IMG/VR virus record: IMGVR_UViG_3300031848_000045
Coordinates: 1 to 24,248 of that record
DNA from: a virus
Taxonomy: Duplodnaviria > Caudoviricetes
Direction: 5' to 3' (one strand)
Length of the DNA: 24,248 nucleotides
Each line of letters starts with the position of its first letter. Position 1 is the stretch's first letter. The notes below the pieces were generated by a model. The model was given only the letters and a program-made list of their open reading frames with translations, was not told the origin of the DNA and did no database searches. Positions 16,125 through 21,897 of the stretch are shown here, piece after piece. A program made the translations under genes and the position numbers.

Positions 16125-16397
16125 TTATATCTTTTTGTTTTTAAATAATTCTTCGCTTTGTGCTTCCATATCAGCTTGATGACTTAGCATTTCGTCATCT
16201 AAATAGTCTGAGTACTTTAACGCTTGCGCTATATCTTCAGGAATATCTCCACAGACATCTATCAGATCTTCAATCTTCCAGACGCTTGTTCCGCTTTCTA
16301 TTAACTCTTCTTTCATTAAGTCAATAGTGTTTTGGTTTGCATCGTGGATATTAAAATACCAATCGATGAACATTGTTCTTGCTTGTAGGTTTGCCAT
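16125..16397 (-). CDS. Acidic hypothetical protein
   Basis: 90 aa; leader CTAAACTAAAAACT-ATG. Confidence 0.75.
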   Translation of the reverse strand: MANLQARTMFIDWYFNIHDANQNTIDLMKEELIESGTSVWKIEDLIDVCGDIPEDIAQALKYSDYLDDEMLSHQADMEAQSEELFKNKKI

Positions 16398-16411
16398 AGT
16401 TTTTAGTTTAG

Positions 16412-16723
16412 TTAGTTATCTTCGTCTTCTATTATCGCGCTAAAGCAGTTGTTTCTTAATTGCTCAAAGTTTTCCCAAGGCATTTGTATTTCAACAACAG
16501 TTGATACATGAAACCTTACGCTATCCTTTGATGATTCAGTCCAAGGTCGGACATATTTTTTCCTAACCCAATCTCTTAGTTCTTGACTAGGCGGCTCTAA
16601 GAAAATGAATCTATAGTCTATATTACATCTTTCTGTGAAAGTTTCTTGTCCGTAATCCATTAAGTCTCTCATGTATCCAAATGGAATCCATACTGATACT
16701 GTAGGTTTGAATTTATTTTCCAT
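16412..16723 (-). CDS. Hypothetical protein
   Basis: 103-aa ORF. Confidence 0.7.
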   Translation of the reverse strand: MENKFKPTVSVWIPFGYMRDLMDYGQETFTERCNIDYRFIFLEPPSQELRDWVRKKYVRPWTESSKDSVRFHVSTVVEIQMPWENFEQLRNNCFSAIIEDEDN

Positions 16724-16726
16724 AGC

Positions 16727-16984
16727 TTATAGTTTATTATAGTTATTAACATATTCCTTTGATACTAACGAGTAGTTTATGATTAGCGGATTCTCTCGAA
16801 CCTTTACTAATTGTATTCCTACTTGTTTCTTTAACCAACCTTTGAACGCATCCGTTCCTAAGTTGATTATGTTTTGAGGTACGACAGCGTACTTGTTCGT
16901 GAAGATTATCACGTTCTTACCTGTCTTTGAGGTTGTATTTAATACGTTCCTCTTGTTCCATTGCATTACTTTGATTTTTGCCAT
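16727..16984 (-). CDS. Basic hypothetical protein
   Basis: 85 aa, preceded by pseudoknot copy 1. Confidence 0.7.
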   Translation of the reverse strand: MAKIKVMQWNKRNVLNTTSKTGKNVIIFTNKYAVVPQNIINLGTDAFKGWLKKQVGIQLVKVRENPLIINYSLVSKEYVNNYNKL

Positions 16985-16993
16985 AAGCTAGTT

Positions 16994-17026
16994 CTGGGAA
17001 GTTTAACGTCTTTTAACCAGTAAGAC
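16994..17026 (-). promoter_or_regulatory. H-type pseudoknot motif, copy 1
   Basis: GUCUU-A-CUGG-UUAA-AAGAC-GUUAAACUUC-CCAG. Confidence 0.7.
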
Positions 17027-17035
17027 AGTTTATTG

Positions 17036-17290
17036 TTAATAGTATATTTCTCCTGAAAGAACACTTTGCATCCAGTGATACAAAGGGCTAGATGTGTTGT
17101 CGCTAGGCTCGTCAGAGTACCTGATTATAACAGGAGATCTTTCGAGGTTTTTCTCGTGTTGACAGATATAAACATCAACATCAGAGTATTTTATACCCTT
17201 TTTTGTTTGTTTATCACCGTTCTCACTTTGCTCTTTATATGTACCTATAAACGTACATTTATCGCAGTCGTGTGTATATTTTGGTTTCAT
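17036..17290 (-). CDS. Hypothetical protein with HDCxxC motif
   Basis: PxYxHDCDxCxFxG...DVYxC...IxRYSDEP pattern. Confidence 0.8.
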   Translation of the reverse strand: MKPKYTHDCDKCTFIGTYKEQSENGDKQTKKGIKYSDVDVYICQHEKNLERSPVIIRYSDEPSDNTSSPLYHWMQSVLSGEIYY

Positions 17291-17308
17291 AATAGTTTCT
17301 TTTAATAG

Positions 17309-17360
17309 ATTAGTTGCCGTAGGCTATAGTGAATAGCCTAACGAACTCAAGTTCTACAGC
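17309..17360 (-). ncRNA. Three-way-junction motif, copy D
   Basis: GCUGUA/UACGGC, GAAC/GUUC, GGCUAU/AUAGCC, tail AACUAAU. Confidence 0.6.
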
Positions 17361-17530
17361 TTTGCAACGTCTGCTAGGATCTTATCCCAGACAGACATAT
17401 TTCTTTGATGTGTTTTTAATTCTTTTTTCATGCGTTCTACCTTTAGTTGAGTAAAGGTTTTAATGAACGTCTTCTTGTAAGGGTTACTCGATCTAATCGG
17501 TAACATCTTAATTCTTTTTCTTTTTTCCAT
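17354..17530 (-). CDS. Small basic protein, 58 aa (MEKRKRIKMLPIRSSNPYKK...)
   Basis: Hand translation; 2 nt after the upstream stop. Confidence 0.6.
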   Translation of the reverse strand: MEKRKRIKMLPIRSSNPYKKTFIKTFTQLKVERMKKELKTHQRNMSVWDKILADVAKL

Positions 17531-17532
17531 AT

Positions 17533-17805
17533 CTAGTTTACTACCATTGAGGCGTTAGTACTTAGGCATAACGGATACCCTACAGCTAAGAAGGACTGTA
17601 ACTCTTCTATAGTGTTTGTAAGTCCTTGTATGTCATCGTCGATTTTGTGTATATCTTCAATGAGATCACTTAATTGCTGTTCGTTAACGGCAAGAGCACA
17701 TTCATTTTCAATATCTGACTTGTCGTCTTTTAATACTTGAATTAGCATAGTGAAAGCGTTAAGCTTTCCTTCTGCATCGCTGAATCGTTCTGGTGTTTTT
17801 GTCAT
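17533..17805 (-). CDS. Hypothetical coiled-coil protein
   Basis: ORF track 17533-17811; ATG 17805 preferred from pseudoknot spacing. Confidence 0.7.
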   Translation of the reverse strand: MTKTPERFSDAEGKLNAFTMLIQVLKDDKSDIENECALAVNEQQLSDLIEDIHKIDDDIQGLTNTIEELQSFLAVGYPLCLSTNASMVVN

Positions 17806-17814
17806 AGGCATTCT

Positions 17815-17851
17815 CAGGGAAGTTTATTGTCTTTTGTGTAACCTGTAAGAC
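17815..17851 (-). promoter_or_regulatory. H-type pseudoknot motif, copy 2
   Basis: GUCUU-A-CAGG-UUACACAA-AAGAC-AAUAAACUUC-CCUG. Confidence 0.7.
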
Positions 17852-17852
17852 T

Positions 17853-17904
17853 GTTAGTTCCTCTGCATTCAGCGATGAATGTTACGAGCACATGCTCCAG
17901 AGGT
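17853..17904 (-). ncRNA. Three-way-junction motif, copy C
   Basis: CCUCUG/CAGAGG, GAGC/GCUC, CAUUCA/UGAAUG, tail AACUAAC. Confidence 0.65.
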
Positions 17905-17908
17905 ATTG

Positions 17909-18073
17909 TTATTTTGTTAGTTTGTTTAGAAAGTACTCTACTTTCTTATAGTGGAATGCTATAAGTACCTCGTACTTAATCTCTTCCATTTTGGTTGTTG
18001 CGAATTGATGCTTTACAGCATACTTGACAACCTTGTAACCGCTTACGATTACATTGTTTATTATTCGTCTCAT
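17909..18073 (-). CDS. Small basic protein, 54 aa (MRRIINNVIVSGYKVVK...)
   Basis: Hand translation; ATGA overlap with upstream gene. Confidence 0.65.
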   Translation of the reverse strand: MRRIINNVIVSGYKVVKYAVKHQFATTKMEEIKYEVLIAFHYKKVEYFLNKLTK

Positions 18074-18240
18074 AGGCATTCTTTTATTTTTAATTCGTTA
18101 GACAGAAACTTAACCATTGTGTCTGCTTCGTCTTTAGTGAAGTCGTCACCTGGAGATGACTGAATCATCTTCCATACGTTTAATGCTCCTTTAATTGTTT
18201 CTACTGATTGACCTTCTAGTAATTCGCTTGTTAGTGCCAT
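18070..18240 (-). CDS. 56-aa protein paralogous to the N-terminus of 19713-20093
   Basis: Hand translation MALTSELLEGQSVETIKGALNVWKMIQSSPGDDFTKDEADTMVKFLSNELKIKECL. Confidence 0.85.
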   Translation of the reverse strand: MALTSELLEGQSVETIKGALNVWKMIQSSPGDDFTKDEADTMVKFLSNELKIKECL

Positions 18241-18256
18241 TGTTGGTTGTTGTTTA

Positions 18257-18309
18257 GTTAGTTCCTCCTACGTATATCGCTTACGATAAGACCTACGTCT
18301 TTAGGAGGT
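18257..18309 (-). ncRNA. Three-way-junction motif, copy B
   Basis: CCUCCUA/UAGGAGG, AAGAC-GUAG-GUCUU, CGUA/UACG, tail AACUAAC. Confidence 0.65.
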
Positions 18310-18313
18310 GGTG

Positions 18314-18592
18314 TTAGTTGCTACTTTTTAATATGTACTCCATTTCTTTTTCTATTAAGTTAACTGTTTCCATATCTGTATGAGTGTAAGTTCTCTCTAT
18401 AGATGTGTCGTCCATTTCTCCGTATTCAGAGAATGCACTAATTCTTACTCCTCCAATCACGACTTTTACTACGTAGTAGTCAGTTTGAAGTAATACATGA
18501 GCCATCCCTGAGATAAATCCTCTTTGAGTATTATACACAGAGTATCCAGTGAAGTCTCCGTTAAGTAATGTGTTGATTCTATATGTAATCAT
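18314..18592 (-). CDS. Hypothetical protein
   Basis: 92 aa, preceded by pseudoknot copy 3. Confidence 0.75.
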   Translation of the reverse strand: MITYRINTLLNGDFTGYSVYNTQRGFISGMAHVLLQTDYYVVKVVIGGVRISAFSEYGEMDDTSIERTYTHTDMETVNLIEKEMEYILKSSN

Positions 18593-18600
18593 AACGAATG

Positions 18601-18638
18601 CAGGTAAGTTTAACGTCTTTTAGTAAAACCTGTAAGAC
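18601..18638 (-). promoter_or_regulatory. H-type pseudoknot motif, copy 3
   Basis: GUCUU-A-CAGG-UUUUACUAA-AAGAC-GUUAAACUUA-CCUG. Confidence 0.7.
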
Positions 18639-18650
18639 TTTTGGTTGTTA

Positions 18651-18956
18651 TTATTGTTGAATCATAGCGTTCTCCATGAATATCACGGATAACTGATGAG
18701 CGCTGAGGTCTCCCTCGTAGCGAATACTCATCGTGTTTATGTTGGTAAGCCCTTTTGCGTTGGTGAACTCTACGGTGTAGCAAACGTCGACGAGTCCGTC
18801 GCTTATTGTCATTCCGTTGAGCTTTACCTCTGCTGTGGATATATCATTGTCTCCGAATAAAATATCGCAGCCAGATTGAATTCTAGGTGTTAACGTCTTA
18901 GCCGTTACATCTAAATTGATTGATTGTCCTGAATAGGTGATAGATAGTTTGTTCAT
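18651..18956 (-). CDS. Hypothetical protein
   Basis: 101 aa; leader AACAACCATT-ATG. Confidence 0.75.
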   Translation of the reverse strand: MNKLSITYSGQSINLDVTAKTLTPRIQSGCDILFGDNDISTAEVKLNGMTISDGLVDVCYTVEFTNAKGLTNINTMSIRYEGDLSAHQLSVIFMENAMIQQ

Positions 18957-18966
18957 AATGGTTGTT

Positions 18967-19155
18967 TTAATTGTTTTGTTTTTTGTTTCTTTTGTTTTGT
19001 TTTACAACCTCTTCGATGGTTGAGTTAAGAGGTGTCTTAATAATCTCCTCGTTAAGCCTCTTATGTCGTCTGTAATCACTGATTGTAATTACCACTACTA
19101 AGAATAGTACTGATACTAGAGCTATTATAAAGAATCCGATGATTTCTATTAACAT
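18967..19155 (-). CDS. Single-TM membrane protein
   Basis: N-terminal hydrophobic helix followed by basic residues. Confidence 0.7.
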   Translation of the reverse strand: MLIEIIGFFIIALVSVLFLVVVITISDYRRHKRLNEEIIKTPLNSTIEEVVKQNKRNKKQNN

Positions 19156-19189
19156 AATGATTTACTTTAATTGTTTGTAACGTTTTGAC

Positions 19190-19412
19190 GAGCCGCAAAT
19201 TCTTTGCGATACTTTTACTATATTTGTCATCCTACGATTTGTAGACGACTTGCATAGGAATGTGCTTGGATCAGATACTCTGCTCCATACGACATAGCGC
19301 CGTTGCACTTTACAACTTTCTGGCTGCCCAACTGCATACTAATCGTAGTGACTAGTACACAGTGAGCACTCAGAATTTAAAGTTGTTGATGGCAGCCCTA
19401 CTTGTCTGCCAG
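19190..19412 (-). ncRNA. Large structured intergenic RNA candidate
   Basis: Five consecutive folded elements including a ~75-nt hairpin with several G-U pairs. Confidence 0.55.
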
Positions 19413-19421
19413 CATAATTGA

Positions 19422-19616
19422 TTACGCTTCTGTCTCTACAAGACACAGTATAAGGATAGTCATCACACTACTTGTGTAGACTGCTGCTTTACGAGCGTCT
19501 CGCCAAGCCTCGGACATAGAGTATCCGAATTCCATTTCTGGATCGGTAGCTACAACTCCTTTGTTTAACGCTTTTTCTGCCATTCTTTTCATTTGTTCTT
19601 CGGTAGGATTTACCAT
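19422..19616 (-). CDS. Hypothetical protein, 64 aa, hydrophobic C-terminus
   Basis: Start moved to ATG 19616 (MVNPTEEQ). Confidence 0.65.
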   Translation of the reverse strand: MVNPTEEQMKRMAEKALNKGVVATDPEMEFGYSMSEAWRDARKAAVYTSSVMTILILCLVETEA

Positions 19617-19653
19617 AATAGTTAGAACACTGAGGTAGTTCAAGCTCCATTTA

Positions 19654-19706
19654 GTTAGTTCCTCTTTAGTGTAGTGAACACGGTAAGACCTACGTCTTCA
19701 AGAGGT
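19654..19706 (-). ncRNA. Three-way-junction motif, copy A
   Basis: CCUCUU/AAGAGG, AAGAC-GUAG-GUCUU, GUGU-UCACU-ACAC, tail AACUAAC. Confidence 0.65.
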
Positions 19707-19712
19707 GTGTTG

Positions 19713-20093
19713 TTATTCTTTTTCTATTAACGCTTTTAACGTATTGATCGCAGAGGCTAAGCCATCTACTCTTCCGTTAATGTACTCCTGAGAGTATCCG
19801 TCTTCCGTAGTGGTCACAGACCAGTCAGACAGTTGACACTCGATTGATGCTAACACTAATACTATTGATGAGTTGTTCATAACGTTTTTTGTTTCGTTAG
19901 TTATTGCTAATTCCATTTCTTCTTGCGATTCCATAATCGCTAACTCGTTAGTTAAGAACTTAACCATATCGTTGGCTTCTTCTTGATTGAACGAATCGTT
20001 ATCCGTTGAGACTTGGATCATTTTCCACGTTTGTAGAGCGTCCTCTAATGTCTCTACTGATTGTCCTTGAAATACTTGGTTTGGCTGTGCCAT
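19713..20093 (-). CDS. Two-domain hypothetical protein
   Basis: 126 aa; N-terminal half has a paralog at 18070-18240. Confidence 0.8.
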   Translation of the reverse strand: MAQPNQVFQGQSVETLEDALQTWKMIQVSTDNDSFNQEEANDMVKFLTNELAIMESQEEMELAITNETKNVMNNSSIVLVLASIECQLSDWSVTTTEDGYSQEYINGRVDGLASAINTLKALIEKE

Positions 20094-20110
20094 AATGAAT
20101 GATGTGTTGT

Positions 20111-20194
20111 TATACTAAATGATTGTACTGCTTTGACGGGTAGATTCGAACGTTGTTCTCAACCGCACCGTTTTCTTAACAGTACTATAGTATA
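20111..20194 (-). other. Long imperfect hairpin in 5' leader
   Basis: UAUACUA/UAGUAUA, GUACUG/CAGUAC, ACGG/CCGU, GAAC/GUUC nested pairings. Confidence 0.6.
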
Positions 20195-20270
20195 GGTTAT
20201 GTGACGTTAGTAGCCACTTTTGAATGAATGAGAGACAGATTAGAGTGCATCGCTCCCTTGCACTTGGGTA

Positions 20271-20567
20271 TTAATCTTTAGCTATTGCTACTACTATGGT
20301 AGCTATTACACCAAGAGAGACCATTAATGATCCTCCTTTGATTACTTTTATAGCGTTATCGGTACGGACTTGCGTCATACCTCTTTCTTCGCATTTAGTT
20401 TCGTGCTCTTGTGCACGCTTGATAGTCTTGTTATTTTTCTCCGTTAGCTTGGTACCCTCGGCTACCTTCTTGGCGATAGAGTTTAGTTGCATAGAGATAC
20501 AGATCCCTGATGCTGTTGTTGGTACGTCTTTGGTTGCGGTAAGTAATGTTGAGAAGAATGTATTCAT
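20271..20567 (-). CDS. First gene of the leftward block; C-terminal TM helix
   Basis: 98 aa; tail SLMVSLGVIATIVVAIA. Confidence 0.7.
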   Translation of the reverse strand: MNTFFSTLLTATKDVPTTASGICISMQLNSIAKKVAEGTKLTEKNNKTIKRAQEHETKCEERGMTQVRTDNAIKVIKGGSLMVSLGVIATIVVAIAKD

Positions 20568-20723
20568 AATGCTCCCACACTTTGGTAGTGGGAATCTCCG
20601 TATTAGTTATGCACGTTGAAATCAACTTGCTTTTGATAGAACAGGTGGCGTAGCCTAAAAGATTGGGTTGCACACGGGGTGTACAGGAGAGGGCATCACA
20701 CATTCACATTTAAAAAAAAAGTT

Positions 20724-20731
20724 TATATTTG
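20724..20731 (+). promoter_or_regulatory. -7 promoter element TATATTTG for the rightward (packaging) operon
   Basis: Exact TAnnTTTG 26 nt before ATG 20758, preceded by an A9 tract; no clear -33 TTG. Confidence 0.6.
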
Positions 20732-20757
20732 CCTAGGAACAATTCAAAAATAAAGAT

Positions 20758-21024
20758 ATGCCTAATAATAAGTACGGAGGAAAAGGAAGTGTAAGTGTAT
20801 ACTCCAAGACGACGAGTAAGACTAAGTCTAAGACAAAAAACGGTAAAGAGAAGGTAAAGAACAAGTACAAGAACATTACTACTACGACGGACTCTACTGG
20901 AACTACTACATATAAAACAAAGTCTAAGACTAAGAACGGTAAAGAAACAGTGAAGACTAAATTCAAGTTTAAGCCTAAAGGAAAGGGCAAGACTTTAAGG
21001 GAAAGAACTAGATCGAGAGGTTAA
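20758..21024 (+). CDS. Very basic Lys/Thr-rich protein with internal repeat
   Basis: KTKSKTKNGKE(K/T)VK twice, with synonymous differences between the DNA copies. Confidence 0.75.
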   Translation: MPNNKYGGKGSVSVYSKTTSKTKSKTKNGKEKVKNKYKNITTTTDSTGTTTYKTKSKTKNGKETVKTKFKFKPKGKGKTLRERTRSRG

Positions 21025-21037
21025 TAAATACAAAGGG

Positions 21038-21361
21038 ATGAAGAGATATATTGAGACTCCATACGGGGAGATATTCCGTGACGAGATGGGTAACTTAACT
21101 TTAGAGTATGAGACAGCGGACTTTTCCGAGTTCTCACCTATGGATCCTATAGACGGAGAGATAGACCTGTGGTTGATAGATAATGATTACATAATACTGG
21201 ATAGGGATATATACTTTAACGATCCCGTTGTTGAATCTTTGAATTACATATACTTTGATCAGGAGACTCAGGACTACGAAGAGATTGATGTTCCAGTTAG
21301 TTACTCTGACGACATGGATGTTGGTAACTTTATGCTTAAGTATAAATTAGAAAGAGCCTAA
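21038..21361 (+). CDS. Acidic hypothetical protein
   Basis: 107 aa, Asp/Glu/Tyr-rich; stop overlaps next ATG. Confidence 0.75.
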   Translation: MKRYIETPYGEIFRDEMGNLTLEYETADFSEFSPMDPIDGEIDLWLIDNDYIILDRDIYFNDPVVESLNYIYFDQETQDYEEIDVPVSYSDDMDVGNFMLKYKLERA

Positions 21362-21897
21362 TGTATCTACTCAAACTAAAGAAAAAAGGGGATAGTGTGA
21401 TAGCTGAAGACAATGGTCTATTGGCTGTACCAGAATTCCATAAGTTATTAAAGGAAAAGAAGTTGGGCGAGAAGGCTATGCGTTATGTAGCATTGAGTCA
21501 GGACTACGATTCTCCATATAGGTACTTGAATGAGCGAGATCGGAATAGGCAAATCTGCACGGACTTAACAGGGAAGCCTGAATGGGCTGACACTAAACAT
21601 CCTTTAATGGTGGCGGCAATTAAGAAGTATGGAGAACTACAAAGGGATCCTTTAGATGACCAGCTCGGAGCGTTCAACAGGAAGATCGATCAATACACTA
21701 CACTTATAGATAACTGGTTTTTGGATCAGGAAACTGCTGAAGACTTACAGAAGGTAATGATCGGTATTGAAAAACTATTAGGTACTCGTACTGTTTTGCT
21801 GGAGGCTATTGAGCGTCGTGGTGAACGGAAGGTAATTAGTGGTGAACAGAAACTAAGCTTCCTTGAGAATAGAGCTGCTAGACTAAAAGATTCATAA
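21361..21897 (+). CDS. Helical protein upstream of TerL, candidate terminase small subunit
   Basis: Translationally coupled to TerL; DYDSPY motif and coiled-coil C-terminal half. Function inferred from position only. Confidence 0.5.
   Translation: MYLLKLKKKGDSVIAEDNGLLAVPEFHKLLKEKKLGEKAMRYVALSQDYDSPYRYLNERDRNRQICTDLTGKPEWADTKHPLMVAAIKKYGELQRDPLDDQLGAFNRKIDQYTTLIDNWFLDQETAEDLQKVMIGIEKLLGTRTVLLEAIERRGERKVISGEQKLSFLENRAARLKDS

Noticed and set aside
17802-18082. 13-bp direct repeat TCATAGGCATTCT (17802-17814, 18070-18082) at two gene starts
   Set aside because: Only two short copies; may be a recombination scar but too weak to call.
18889-18900. Further pseudoknot copy (AAGACGTTAAC)
   Set aside because: Inside ORF 18651-18956 with no GTCTT stem partner.
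19219-19226. Plus-strand TATATTTG here and at 11962-11969 as antisense promoters
   Set aside because: No clear -33 element at the expected spacing and no downstream plus-strand gene; such 8-mers arise by chance in AT-rich DNA.
17309-19706. Hammerhead, twister or pistol ribozyme identity for the repeated RNA motifs
   Set aside because: The conserved catalytic cores were not found by eye; a covariance-model scan is needed to settle this.
20136-20171. tRNA (GTTCGAATC T-loop-like sequence on the minus strand)
   Set aside because: No cloverleaf, acceptor stem or anticodon arm could be built; it is part of a long hairpin.
431-20990. Antisense or nested ORFs in the track (e.g. 431-631, 2410-2703, 8132-8392, 15802-16179, 20296-20619, 20431-20703, 20733-20990)
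   Set aside because: Shadows of tightly packed, better supported genes; most lack typical leaders.
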